Below are positions 50,493-64,000 of a stretch of DNA of 64,000 bases, one piece after another (the stretch's first letter is position 1; each line of letters begins with the position of its first letter). Position numbers and translations under genes: made by a program. Location: contig JAQGDQ010000099.1 in the NCBI GenBank assembly GCA_030141605.1, forward strand, positions 265,194 through 329,193, given 5' to 3'. Source of the stretch: Tubiluchus corallicola. Lineage: Eukaryota > Animalia > Priapulida. The notes under the pieces were generated by a model, which saw only the letters and a program-made list of their open reading frames with translations, was not told where the DNA came from and ran no database searches.

Positions 50493-51527
50493 GTAAGTAC
50501 AGCTTTGAGTTGCATGTGACATATCTGTGTGCCCAGGTGTTGAGGTGTGGTGTATTTTGTTTGCTGTCCGGTTTCTCTGCAAAATTGATCTACAATTTAA
50601 TGTTTGTGTCTATTGAAGGTGCATTACCTGTTCTGACAGAACTGCTTGTAATCATATGTTTTACACATTTAGAGTATTAATAAAATTGACGTGAAATTAA
50701 TACAGCGCGTGAAATAGAATAATTTGAAACTTGTTCGTTAAATTGTCTAATATATTATCTTACTGTTGTGTGCTTATTTTTCTCAAAGTAAGTCAGTCAT
50801 TTCTAACAGCTTGTGAACAAATTAATTTAGGTGTTCAAATAAAACAAATGACATTAGGTGCAGCTGCGTAAGGTGACCTCCTGGTTGGCTTTTATTTTTC
50901 CACTTGTCATACTTAAAGTACCTGCCATCGATGTTCTCGACGTTATCGTGAGCGTAAACTTTAATATCATTGGCTTTGTTACTGTGAAGACAATATTGAC
51001 TTGCCTGGAATGAGTGGTCTTCTTTGAGCTTTAAGATTACGCGATGGATTTCATTCTTCAAAGCACCAGAACCGATAACCTTAATTTCTAGGCTGGTTTC
51101 TATTCTTTTCAATTTCTGTATTGATTGTCTTCGATTTTCATTCTGAACAAGTATTTGTTCAGATTTTCATCAAATTTTAAATAAACGATGCTAAATTTTT
51201 AAGCAAACAGCAACAAAAAGTCTTTGCTAGAAGCATAGACTCACTGTTTTGCCTTTGAGCAACGAAAAATGATGTTAGTGAATTCTCAGATTCAGTGTTG
51301 TCAGCTACCATGTTGAATTCCTCAACTTGCAAGTTGCCTAAAGGTTTCACCAATCCAAAAGCTCTCTTATGACTCTTACAAAAATCGTTCTTCACTTTCG
51401 GCAGTTGATTTACGTTTATTATGTTTGCGTTGACATATTTGTTTGTTTTCATTTTCAAGTTCTTGACACTGCACTGGCGAGGCTGTCCTGAATTAGAAAT
51501 GTAAATATGATCTGTTCAGCATTCAGT

Positions 51528-51663
51528 GGATGGTGGTGCTCTCAATCTTCATCCGAGGATGATGGTGCTCTCATTCTTCGTCCGAGGATGGTGGTGCTTT
51601 CATTCTTTGTCCGAAGATGGTGGTGCTCTCATTTGTTTCCGATGGCGGTGTTGCTCTCATTTG
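51528..51663. repeat. 29 bp tandem repeat, ~4.5 copies
   Basis: GGATGGTGGTGCTCTCATTCTTCGTCCGA-like units at 51528, 51557, 51586 and 51615, plus a degenerate fifth. Confidence 0.9.
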
Positions 51664-51941
51664 TTGTCATTGGATGCCTTTATACGTACAAGACATTTCT
51701 CAATTATTTCTTCTACCAAATTGGCTGTTACTGGACTTTCATTGGTCAGTGTTTTTCCATACAAAAAGGCTTGCAGCAGCAAATGCCAGAAAAGCAAGAA
51801 AAAAATCCACAAATCATTATGATCGTTTGTTGCCAGCTAATTTGACTTAAAGTGTTGATACATTAAGTGTCCCCTTACTGTCACGGGTACAGCTGGCACA
51901 GGTGCTACAAGGAGGAAACCTCAGGCTTGCTTTGTCATGTT

Positions 51942-52013
51942 GAACTAGTAGCTCAACTAGCAGAACACGAGAGTACTAATCCCAGGTCTGAGGTTCAAAT
52001 CTCGACTAGCTCA
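51942..52013 (+). pseudogene. tRNA-like remnant / SINE head
   Basis: Acceptor stem GAACTAG/CTAGCTC (6/7 paired), A-box TAGCTCAACTAG, B-box GGTTCAAATC; anticodon and T arms pair poorly. Confidence 0.5.
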
Positions 52014-52896
52014 CAATTTTTCAGCAAACAATTAAACCGCCAGAAACATCAGTAAAAAGTTGGACTGGAAGAAAATTTGCAAAAGTTCTGGTTTATGTAC
52101 GGAATGGAATAAATATAAAAATTACAGGACATGTTAGCTTACTCTCAGTGATTAATGTAATAAAATTAGTCTCTTAAGCTCCCTCCACCTCTTCAGAACT
52201 ATGATAAGGCTTTCTAGAAGAGTCGCGTAGATCTAAGTCTCTGACCAGGCAAATAGGCGTCTGTGTGCTCTCTCTGTAGTCTAAGTTTCAAATGCATTTC
52301 CTTATTAAATCAGACCTAACGCCTAATTTTGGCTACTCGCACTCTTTATATAGATCAATACAATTCATGCTATTCTAGGTAAGGTGCTCTTTTATACAAA
52401 ACTCCGTTTCTGGGAGATACGCTTGTTATAAAACCTGTTATGCAATACTGAGCTGGCAGACTTGTGTAAAGTGAGGATTAGAGTTAATTAAAGCTTGCCT
52501 AGCTAGCATCTGCGCTTGAAGTGTGCCAGTTAAGAAGCAGAGCTAACTACCCGTGACGTGATATTGATTGCCGGCGTAGAATCGTTGCCATTAACGACTT
52601 CTCAATGCAAAACTCATCCGTCCTGGGTAATCTGGAGATGTTCGTTTTTCTGCTTTCTTGATATTAAACATTAATACAAGTAGAAATTTGTGATGCTTTG
52701 TAACTCACTGGAATCTTAAAAATTGTTATTTTTAAGCTGCAGCTTTAAATTGTAAAAAAGATACTCAAATTTTAGAATTGCTTTTGAGTTGTCAGTTTTT
52801 TTGAGTCGCAGCTGGATAAGTTAGATATAGCTTGTGAAAAAACAGCTACATTTTGAAATTGATATTCTAAACTAGTCTATCTTTTAAATATTCTTA

Positions 52897-53068
52897 GGGC
52901 GCATTCAGACTAGCGAAATTTCTGTTGCAAGTTTTGTCTCTGACGGCGAACTCCCAAGTATGAACTGCTTTGCGAGTTACTGTCGGCAAGAAATTGCAAA
53001 CTCTCTGACACTAATTGAACTTTCTAGCGAGTGAGTTGGCGAGAAAACTCGCTAGTCTGAACGTACCG
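52897..53068. mobile_element. PIF/Harbinger (Tourist-like) MITE, 172 bp
   Basis: TIR core TTCAGACTAGCGA at both ends; TTA on both flanks. Confidence 0.75.
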
Positions 53069-56000
53069 TTAGAAATAGTTTTCTAAGTGAGCTGCTTGTA
53101 TCTAAACCTTTTCTTCGTCTTCTGATTGGTATTGGACAGTGTAAGAACACTGGTAATTGTTGCCTTCTCTCGACCTTTTCATTTAAAGCGAAACCGGACC
53201 CAATTTTAAACTGTACGTCAAAACAATCTACTCTTTAGAATATTGAAAGGAAACATACTGTTTTTTCAAAAACGACTTACGTGAAAGAATTGACACATAA
53301 TGTCACACATTGAAAGAAACAATGTCAGTTATTTTCGTTGACTGCCCAATCAGCGTGCAAGTTATTTCACACACCTGCAGAGCTTAATTAACGCAGGTAC
53401 ATTCGGGACATTTGGTTACAGCTCCGCCTAACACTGTCGTGAAAAATGCTCAACTTTTCACTAGTTAGCGGGAGAAATATTGGCCTGGTTCTAGATTTTA
53501 TTATTGTCAATTGAAATTCCTAGTGAATTAGTTGAAATATATAGTGCAGTTTCGTTTATAGGAAGAAATGCACAACGCTTACGTCTATGAGTTGCCGATT
53601 AAACCATTTTGCAGTCAAGAAAATACGCAGTTTAGTTTAGTTTATGGCTTTGCAAGTTAGATAAAAACAACTATTTGATTAATTTTAAATGAGGACAAAA
53701 CAAAATGTTTTCTTTTCTGGCCAGTTTTTATAAATCTCAGTGAGATCTTCACAGTCAAAATGAATTCAAATGTGCTCAAAACTTATATTATACATCAATG
53801 TAGTAGTAGCTATTTTACGCTATTTTTCTGGTTATAATCATGGTTAAAAGATGCCATTTGGGACTTACGTTAACTCGGGCATTCAATGTAAGGGTCGTCT
53901 ATGGAATGGAACAATCAAATTTATTCCATTTCCTTAGCCTAACAAACGTAAAAATACAAAAACTGAATAATGGATGATGTTCGTATGTTCAGGTAAGAGA
54001 GACTTAATACTTTTGTTGCACATTTATTGTAAAGCAAGGCTAACTGGCTTAGTTTCTTTATTATACTTATGTCTCTGTGTTTTGTAGTGCTTTGAAACTT
54101 CGTCTCTACATTGTGTTTAAATTGAAAAGTCATTTTTTTAGCTACTTGAAGTGTTAATTCGTTTAAAAATAGCTGCTGCTCTGCACATTTGTGTTTATGA
54201 AAAAGTGCAATCAGTTTGTCTGCTGATCAGACATTAGTTGTGACTGTCACGCTGTTTAGTTTAGTTTAGTTTACTTTAGTTTAGTTTAGACAGTTGTTGT
54301 TCAGCGTGAGCTGTTGTCCCGAATGTTGCTGAGCGAGCTTACGTTACAGCGAAGGCGGAGCGATAGACCAATATGTTTGACGTCAAGTATTACCAAACAA
54401 ACACAAGTTTGCGTTCGCGCTGCTAGTTCTTCGCCGTTACATGCATTTCGCCATTCACTGGTTAGACGGGCACTAGAAACAGGTGCTGTACCTCTCAGTT
54501 CAAATGTGTTAATTTGTGACGAACGGTAAATTTGAATTTTTATCTTCAAACTTGTCTACTTTAATACAACACACTGAATATCTTACAGTAGCATTGTACT
54601 TCAATTTTCGCTTTCGCAAACACGTGCATTACGCTCGTGGAATATTTTTGCTGTTGGAAATATGTTAGTTTGTGATGTCATCAATAGTTGGACTCGCCCG
54701 CCATTAATTAAGTTTTTAATCTATTATTTAATTATCACAAACACTTTTGCAGTATCAATTGTGTTAAAATGTATGCTTTTTATCGGATTGAAAATGGGGT
54801 TGTATATGAAAAATCATCCTGTCTTCCTTTAAGTATGTTCTCTGCTTTCTCTAAGGTTGTTTTGTGCTTCTACTAGTAAAATCGGGCAGTTATAAGAGAG
54901 AAAAGCATTAATTATTTCAACTTCACTAGAACTTGTTCTAGACTCGAACCCATGACTTGCGCATTGGCTTTAAATACTGTGTTTATAGAGTCCTCGCTCT
55001 CGTTTTTACTTTCTCAATGTTCTTTCGCAAACGCATTTTTATAAAACCTTCCTAGGCGCTAGAAGTTAGTCTGAACTTTTGAATTTTTTATCTACCTTTA
55101 TGCTAAAGATGTTTGGTTGTACACAGTTATACAATTGCTACTAATTTCGCACAAATTCGAGCAACTAAAGCAGATCATTTCCATGTCTGCCTTGACAGCC
55201 CTGTAATTACCTAAGTGGCCCCGTTTTCGTGCCGATTTTAACTTCGAGTTTTGCAAGACACCAGCTAGGTGACAAGCAGCAAACGACGATCTGGTAATGG
55301 TTAACTGCCTGTCAGAGCAACTTAGGAGGTAAAATAGTTTTATGACACACGGGTCGCAGATAATAATTACCTTGTGCTAGGAATTCCTGTGTCGACAGAA
55401 GCGCTATCTAGAGGCCATTCGCCACTACCTAGAGGTCATTGTCACTTCAATTTAACTGCGTCTGTTACCCGATGAGAAGTTATTGTGTAGCCAGTCCGAA
55501 GTTTGATTTGAAAATGTTTTCCTTTCTCGTTCTAATTTGATCGGAGATTTATTTGCTGAGCAAATAAGTGAAAACTGTTGTGCACTGGTGGGGTAATATG
55601 CCACAGTTTAGAAAAAATTTCCATGAATACACCGTCAGTGTTTTTCCAAGGTTTCACCGGAAGTACAGTAGTTGCAATAATACGCTCTCTCGTCAGTGAC
55701 TTTCAGTTTTGTCATTGCATTCGCAATTACGTAGGTCTACATTGTAATCATGAAAAAGAGCTGATTATTTCATCCAGCACCAGATTGTTGGCTTTTGTTA
55801 AATAACCTCGCAGCAAGGTGCAAATTATATTTATAAGCTAATTACGGTGCAGTATTGATAGATTTAACTGCAGTAATTCAATTTAACCTAATTTTATTCA
55901 GTTTCGGGTAGCATAGTTTAGGTAGTACATTTCTGGATAATAATAGCTTAGGATCTACTGACTGATCTCTATATGTCTAGAGAATTATATTTATGCGTGT

Positions 56001-56201
56001 GTGTGTTTTATTTTATTTTTATTTATTATAACTTTTTGTGTGTTTTAGTGAGATGTTCGTATGATATCAGTTTGTAATGCATACACATATATAATATAAT
56101 TTTTGATAATACAATAAAGTGATAAATCAAATTAAAATCTAATCATATGAGATTTTAATATCTATAAAAATCCAAGGACATATGCAAATTATGTAACTAT
56201 G

Positions 56202-56349
56202 CAGTGTGCATGTTATATAGAAAATCCAGAACACTTTTAAGTTAGTAGCATTGAGTCCACTACCGACCAAATCAGTGTGCATGTTATATCTATAGAAAAC
56301 CCAGATCAGTTTTTAAGTCAGTTGAATAGCAGTCCTCTACCGACCAAAT
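56202..56349. repeat. Diverged tandem duplication, 2 x ~73 bp
   Basis: CAGTGTGCATGTTATAT...CTACCGACCAAAT occurs twice. Confidence 0.8.
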
Positions 56350-56983
56350 ACTTCCCATTTAAAACTTAGAGGTTCAGAATACTTTGTTGTTTTTTCCAGT
56401 AAACAGGTCTCTTAGCGTGCGCTTAGCTTCGTATGAATAAGCCTATTGTTCTGTGTAACCTCTGACACAGCTCACGTATTTTGTGTGTTTGTGGGTCAAA
56501 ATTTGGAGCTGTTATTGACTGCAGCTGCATCCAGCACTCATTAGTGACTGCACTGTACACCGCAAACAGCGTTGTGCCGCAATTAATTTAATCTTGCTGT
56601 TGATACCCGTAACATAAAGGCATTGTTAGCATTTTGCGTATTAGTTGGAGATTTGATTATGCCTGTTTTGTGTCAGCATTGTTACATTGTTATTTAAGAA
56701 GTCATTGTAAATCCGCTTGTGTTTGGTTAAGAGTGACCTGTGCGTGTGCTCTTTGGTGTATTACCTGTAATGACGGATTAAGGAAAGGCATAAAAACTCT
56801 GAAGAAGTTGAGGTTTATTTGTGATTTGGCAAAGCAGGAATGTGGATTCTACTTTATGAGTATGGTGAGAGCATCCTATTATGGTGCTTTGTAGTTACCA
56901 AAAACATTGTGAAGAGTTCCAGTGTATTGCATTGCTAGACTGCTAGTGTCTCCCTTATTGTTGATTATTTATAACCTTATCTA

Positions 56984-57551
56984 ATGTCTGCCAACGCAAC
57001 AATGTTGTGTTGCCTGCCAAAAGTGAAGCAGTTGTTGGTGAAATCGGACCGGAAGTCTGCCTTGAAGAGGCAACAGCTTGCTTGCTCCCGGGGTTTTCAC
57101 CACTGTCGTCACTGCGGTTTCCGGTTTGACGATGGAAAGCTGTACGGAGACTGTAGGGAACCCCTTGTGGTTCTGACTCCGCAGAAGGTCAGCGAGTTCA
57201 CTAATCATTCAGTGGATTTCGTCATGACAGATGGCAGTGTTGCCTCATCGTTACTACCAAAACCTGAGGATGTCAGAATTTTTCCAGAAAAGAAACCTCG
57301 TCCACTTGGAAGGTACCCAAGGGCATTGATCGCTCGGTCTACACCACTTCTGAGCAAGATCAACGAACGTGACATTGAAGAGTCTGTTGAGGACACTGCG
57401 ATATTTCATGGAAATGAAACTACTCTACATGGTTGTGCGCTGTCAAACAAATGTGTGAAGCTCTCTTATATTTTAGACGAGAACGGCAACAGATACGACT
57501 TGCCGCCGAAGCAGCAGGATTTTCAGATGAAGCTTGATTCTGCAGGAAATG
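56984..57551 (+). CDS. Candidate alternative first coding exon of PKN (189 aa)
   Basis: Long ATG-initiated, GC-elevated ORF inside the PKN intron, ending at G|GTAGGT in phase 1, the same phase as the HR1a exon donor. Confidence 0.55.
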
Positions 57552-60500
57552 GTAGGTAACAAATTGTCAAAAGAAGAATAAAAATATCTAAATAACGACA
57601 CATGTGAATTATAATTGGGATACTTATCGCTGAACCTGCTGTTCCTTTTTTCTCTTACTCTCCCTGTCTTTAGAACGGCACTGATGAAGTCATAGTAAAA
57701 TAGTGCACTAGCCTGTTCTACGGCACACACGCCAGAACAATTTGAATCTGGGAAATTATTTTATTATATATGGCTTTGCTCTGTTCCACTTTACTCTACC
57801 TTGTCTTACTCTTCTCTCCGGTTCTGTTCTCCTTTTTTTTGTTCGCTAACATATTTACTGTGATTTCGTATGTATTTGTTCTTTTGGTCAACTGTATTTC
57901 TTCCGATCCATATTTACATCATTAAGTAATATGGATTTTACCTCTTTTCTTCCAAACCATACTAACGCACTTCCGTTTGTTGTAGTTGCACATATGTATT
58001 CGTGCAGTATTCGTTAGTTACGTCTACATCATTATAAGGTAGTACAAGTTTACCCCATCCCACAAGATTACTGTACAATACTCCCCAGCCCTCAGTGGAA
58101 ATAACCGTTGACAGCCGCTCAGGAGCTCGAATGATGCTGAAGAGCCTGATATCAAAGACATCTAGAAATCTGCAAGTGATTGATTGAACAGCAAATTTCA
58201 TTAATTACTCTGTGAATTCCCGATCCAATCTGACATTTGTTTAAACTTTGAGGGACTTTGGCAGCGCTGATGCTTGGAAAAACCAATTTCGTATTTGTGT
58301 GTCACGTAGCGTTTTATAATTCTTTTGATTTGTGTTACTTGGTTTTATTTTTTAAAATTAAGATTTTTATTTTGTGATCTATGCCCTGTTCTTACCGTGA
58401 CTTCCTCTTACCACGCATGTACATTGTGATTTTTGACCTAGACTGAATGTAAAGCTCAAACTTTCTGATTAAAATATTTTTTCAACGATTTACTTTAGCT
58501 GATACAATATGATGGAGTTAAAGTCGAACAAAGCAATTTTATTACCATTCTTATTATCTTATATTATCTTTATCAAGAGTAACAACACTTATAATGGGGC
58601 ACATCATGCAGCATCCTGCCATATGTAAGTACAACAAGAACAAAAACAGCTGCTGAAATCAAAAAGAAAACTTTGCAAATTATGTCATTTTATTATTTAG
58701 TCAGATTATGATTGTTATGTATTTTATACTACATAAACGTGACTACACGTATAACAAGGTCCACAACAAACAGTTCACACTTGAAAATGCCTCCAGCATT
58801 ATGCAAGAAAAATTATAAATCACATTTATCCAATATCACGCATCCAGTGTGCGGCAAAAATCATCCAGCAGACCCAAGATGCTGCATGTTCTATTTTTGC
58901 TCGATGAGCAATATCTATAGCTAGTGTCTGTTTTTATTTATAGTAATTACGTCTGAAAAAGTTTAGATGAGGACAACAGCACAGTCTACAATAGACATAT
59001 TCATACATCTATAATTATAATCCTGTAAATATTATTATTATTATTATTATTATTACTAGTTATTATATTCAATTATTTGATTGTTTAATGCAATATTGCA
59101 GATTATATGATCAAAATTATTTTTAATTCGTTTAAGCAGTAGCCTAGCACATATGTGAAACGACTGATCACCAGAAACGTGAATGTGCTTGTGTCATGTG
59201 CCGTTCTTGAATTTTCTCAAGTAATCTATCAAAAGTTTTTTTCACAAGCAAATGAGTGTAATTATAAAAATTCTCCTTGTCAGCTAAGACTACAGTTTGG
59301 CCATCACGCCATTGCACGATCTCACTTTGCTGATTGTTATATTTCAGATTTTTTAGTCTCAGAATATATGCAATTAAAACATCTAAAATTTCCTCATTCA
59401 CTTGTATTCTTTCCATTTTTTGTAGCTGTTTACTTATGTACAGCTCAGGAGGCAAATGTTGTGTGATGCTGGGTGATGGTTCAAGTGTATCAAAGGCTTA
59501 AATTTAACTCATTTTGGCACATTTTGGATTGTTTCATTAGTTATCTGCTCATCTAAATACTGCAGACATAAATTAATTGCATTTCCATTTTTTGCAACAT
59601 ACATCATTTACATACTTCTTAGTACTAAGATAAATAAGTTAAGAGTTTAACCAGAAAATGCAGTAAACATTGGTAAACAAGATATTCTTTGGGAATTTTA
59701 CTTACCTGTGCATTTATTATGCAGTAGGGAAGTACGAAAACAGTAATTAAAGTACAAAATATGCAAAAGCTGTCACTGTAATAATAAAAGTGGAAGGAAT
59801 GACTATAATATATGCATGCTTCACCAAAAAAAAACGAACATTCAAAATATTTTAAGAGAAGGCATTATGTATTTACTGTATTTCTTTCTAGTGATCATGT
59901 ATTCTCTTAAACTTATCACTATTTGTGGCTAAGAGATTAAGAATGATTTACAACAATATCGGCAATGTCTTTTAATAGATGTATTATTTCATTTGAAAGT
60001 GAGAACTAAGGCTGTGTTTGGTAGTGTTGGTTTTTGCTATTTAAATTCTGGTTTTCAAATAATATTGTTTGCTTTGCTTTGAGACAGGACTCGTATTTTG
60101 GAGCTAATGAATACGTTACGTCAAACCTTGCAACGCAAGTGTTATGAAATTAGAATCAAAATTTTTATCTTTCATGAGGACCAGTCCCATCCTTTTCTTA
60201 GTCCCAGTCATCAGTTTTCTGACCTGCAAAATGCTCAAAATACTCGTTTGGTGTGGAGCGATCACTTGAGTGTTTGGTTGAACTTTCTCGCTCAGTGTAT
60301 CTCACCCATACCCCGTTGTCTGCTGTTTCGTTTTATCATAATTACATAGATTCTTGCCATTTTTTGACGAGTTCGACAGCTACTTGAGTTTTCTACTTGG
60401 CCTACTATTCACAGTTTAACGATAAAGCTCCAAAGAAAGGCGAATACTTGTTCTTTTACCTGGTTTGTACCTCTGGCCCTAGATTTGGGTTAACATGTGT

Positions 60501-60632
60501 GCCTAATGCTGCAACAGCTATATAATGGAATGCAGTGAGAAGTTAATGTGGCCTTTTTGTTGCCTTGTTTTCATAGGATTCTACTAGTTTAGCATTTATG
60601 TATATTGACGTTGCTTCTTATTTTTTGAACCT

Positions 60633-60828
60633 GGGGCCTGATTCACTTTCTTCTTCATAAGAAACTTCTTAAAAAATTTTTGTTTTCGTAAAGTTATAAT
60701 CACATTTAATAATCTTATTAACGAAACTTTAGTGAATTCTATCTTAAATTTAAGAATGTTCTTATGGACGACCTTACGAATAAAACAGTTCGTAGGAAGC
60801 TTTGTGAATCAGCCCCCCCCCCCCCCCC
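60633..60828. mobile_element. Small Harbinger-like MITE ending in a C16 tract
   Basis: GGGGCCTGATTCAC at left and GTGAATCAGCCCC at right; the right end runs into poly-C at 60813-60828. Confidence 0.5.
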
Positions 60829-63800
60829 GTGAGTATATTTGTTGCTGGCTTGTCCCATTTATTATAAAGTGAACGTAACATGTGTAAATGAAACTTAGTA
60901 TTTGTATTATTTATAAATCTGAAATGACTTGAAATAAGTTAATACATAAATAATTTTGAAATTAGCCTTTGTCTACTGGTTTTATAGTTCACTTGTAAAG
61001 GAACACCAGAAGCAAAAATGAAACAGTAAATAGAGAAATTTCCACGAAAGTCATTTAAAGTGTTTGAAATAAGCCGTGAAACTTGTTTTATAGGTATTTA
61101 CAATCGTTTGTTTGTGGGGGGATGTTTATGACCTTTTTTGTATGTTGTTAAGAAAGTTGTGCATATCTCTTGACTTTGGTATTTGCTGTCATCAGTCTAG
61201 TGAAGATGGGTGACAAAAAATAAGATGGCTACGGATTTGTTAAAGTTGTCTAAAAGTCTTACACATTTTTGAATATTTTCTGCAGTAATATTTCTGTATT
61301 TTCTGAACCACTTTTGAATCAACTATAGCTTTAGTTCAATTAGTAGGTTGCTGGTTCTTTATAGAATTTGTGTGGTATATTAAATTGCAACTAAATATTA
61401 TTTATAGAGCTTTGTGTGATGTAAAAGTTAAGGAAAAAGAACAGTTTTATGTAACAAAATAATTGTAATATCACAAACACAGTACAAAAGGTATTTTCAT
61501 TATAGATATAAATATCATTTGGTGTAACATACATAGAGTTTGGATTTTGATTTTGAATTGTGAAGTCACATTTAATGTTCAGTAGTCTTATGCTTAAGTG
61601 CTTTGCTAGATGGAAAATGACTAAAATATCTCTCCGGTTCGATGGCCCGTCTTACAGGATTATTTTTGGTAATGAGTTTCTGTCCTGCCATGATAATTTA
61701 ACATTTGTAGGCCATGATGGTAAGTTGTTAACTGCTGAAACTTCATACCCTAAAGGCCCCAAGTTTATTATCCCAAGAAAACAATGCAGTCTTTAAGTTT
61801 AATAACTGATGGTAGCCAGGCAAAACTGAATTCAAAATATTTCAAGTATGCGAATCATTTAAGCAAAGTAAACAGTACTATAGGTACTAATACAATGTCT
61901 GTTTTTTAAACATTCGTGAATTATTCATATTCAGTGCATGGTGAATATTACGACATGTTGTTTGGAATATGTTATTCTCACCCTTACTAACCAGGTAGCT
62001 TTTATTAGTACAAACACACAGGGCTTTTGTGTGCAAATGTTGTGGACCCCCATAAAGTACCAACTACTCAAGTGTGATGTTTAATGGAATTGCATTTGTG
62101 ATTTACTTAGAAATTCACAGTCGTTATTAAGCGATTCCCACTGGGTTGATTTATTGATTACTTGTGCCTGGACAGACTGTAGCGATGGTAATTAAATTGC
62201 ATTAAATTATGTTTGAACAATTTTGTGGTGTCTATGTCATTAATATGCTTTAACAATAATAAATGGTTAGTCAAAGACTTTGTAGACGTGGCGTCAGAAA
62301 ATTTCGATTCGTGATACTACTACAGCATGTGTTGTTGTTGATGTTGGTGTTGCTGCTGCTGCTGTAGTCATTGTTGTTGTTGTTATTATGATATTGTCAT
62401 GTATGATTGATAAGAAGCATTTAAATCGCGTAACTTCAAAAATGACAGTGGCAGTTGTTTTAGGAAGCTGATGACTTTACAGACCCACTACTGTTATACA
62501 CAGTACAGCTATACAGACCAGGATGTTTATTGACTTTCTTGGCTGTTTTTAAAGTGACAGAAAGCCATCTGTGAATCGTAAAAAACTTTGTGGCGTGGTA
62601 ATGTTTTTATTTCAACTTGAACCAACTGCGTTACACCAACCTACTACTCTTTTTTAACCGCATTCGCGCTGCATTCGTCAGTTTCTATTAATGTCAGCCA
62701 TAGCGTTATGGAAGCAACTACAGGCCTGGATGCGCAAATTATGAAAGTGCGCCAACGCAATTTATACCAGCAGTCGGCGTAGTAAAAATAAACAGTTGGG
62801 GCAGTTAATTCGCCTTAATAATGTGAAACGCATAAACAAAACTTCTAGACTTCTTCAATTGTTGTTTTTCTTTTACTTTTTGCTAATAATTAGAAGCTAG
62901 GGTGGGTCATTTTAGGAGGGTGGGTGTAGTCACTGAACGTGATTATTAGACAAACATTGTTTTATACAACAGTAATTGTGGGGTAGCGTGCAACATGTGT
63001 GAGATTATATGATTAAAGACAAAGAGAACCATTGTTGTGTCTAGTCTAGTCACTAGTCAGTTACAGTATACATGCAGTATTGCAGTGTGTACAAGTGTTA
63101 TTGTTATGACTCACAAGTCTTAATATAGTTCTCCTAGTTGCGCCAAGTCATGTTAAATCTGTACCTCTGGCTCACACTTGATGAAAACCAAACCAGGTCT
63201 GTATGTGTGAAAAACTGATAGTGGTGATAAGATATTTTTCTGAGACGATTATCTCTTTTGGAACCACCCGTTCTTACTCATTTCCCTGCCTGTTTTTGAA
63301 ACCACCCACTCTTACTCATTTCCCTGACTCCTGCAGTCCCATTTCTATCTTATTGGTTAATGTTGTCTGTCAGTCTGTGTGTGCTTGACACTTCAGTGAG
63401 CTGTTCTTATACAGCTGTTCAGTGTTCACATATCATAGTGATTTCTCTCACCGACACCATGGTGAAGGGATGCATAAGTCATCCAGTGGGAAGTTTCCTG
63501 TGAATTAGAAATTACTTTTGCGACATGCTAGCTTATTTTTACATACTAGTGAAACCTTGGAGTTGTGTGTTTGGAGTTGGGGTTGTGCATTGTGTATTAG
63601 CTGTTATGGGTTATACTTCATAAAACCATTGTCTTAGGGAACTGGACATATTAAAAATGTGTAGGTCTTGGTAACATAACTTTGTTTTTCGTCAGCTCAC
63701 ATAATTTCACTACATTGTGTTGTCAGGAGACGTCCGATGCTTCAAGTTTTAATAAATCTGAATAGGCTAAGTTTTGAACATTCTTAAACTTTTTCATTCT

Positions 63801-64000
63801 TTTATTTCATTGAAGAAGACGAAGGTTTGAGTCTTAGAATGAATTGCTGTTTGTTATTCCTGAAGTGCCATCTCTTAAAAGGATGTTGACTTAATACAAA
63901 TTTCATTTGGAAAAATGGTGTTTTGTATCGTGACACGTGAGAGAAAACATTTTTAATGCATCAGAAATGATAATTTACATAAAATAGCATTTGCTTCAGG

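Noticed and set aside
51528-51663. 29 bp repeats as a CRISPR array
   Set aside because: Units are head-to-tail with no unique spacers, there are no cas genes, and the context is a eukaryotic intron.
51942-52013. Functional or suppressor tRNA gene
   Set aside because: Anticodon and T stems do not pair properly; treated as a tRNA-derived remnant.
63720-63770. Next PKN exon after TGTCAG
   Set aside because: The phase-1 frame hits TAA within 9 codons and shows no HR1b similarity.

Overview
AT-rich, intron-containing animal (probably invertebrate) nuclear DNA; not prokaryotic, no CRISPR or rRNA. Three host genes were reconstructed by hand from GT-AG splice sites with consistent phases. (1) LETM1 (+, 14 coding exons, 3171-27035, 774 aa). 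(2) ERGIC1/ERGIC-32 (-, 9 coding exons, 41839-31997, 290 aa), tail-to-tail with LETM1. (3) The 5' part of a protein kinase N gene (PKN, +, HR1a exon 50189-50492, with candidate alternative first exons at 48605 and 56984), head-to-head with ERGIC1; the rest of PKN lies beyond the window. The standout is a young, full-length 7.2 kb LTR retrotransposon in LETM1 intron 6 (10376-17580, antisense). It has 1180 bp LTRs with 2 mismatches seen, a 5 bp TSD, a tRNA-Leu PBS and one 1439 aa ORF. Its enzymes look Ty3/gypsy-type but the order is gag-PR-IN-RT-RH (Gmr1-like), and its Gag capsid C-terminal part looks SCAN-like. An older solo LTR of the same family sits in LETM1 intron 1. Introns and intergenic DNA also carry decayed CR1/L2 and Rex1-like LINE pieces, several MITEs with recognisable TIR/TSD signatures (pogo/Tigger, hAT, MULE, PIF/Harbinger), tRNA-derived heads and tandem repeats. 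All alignments were done by eye; no database search was run.
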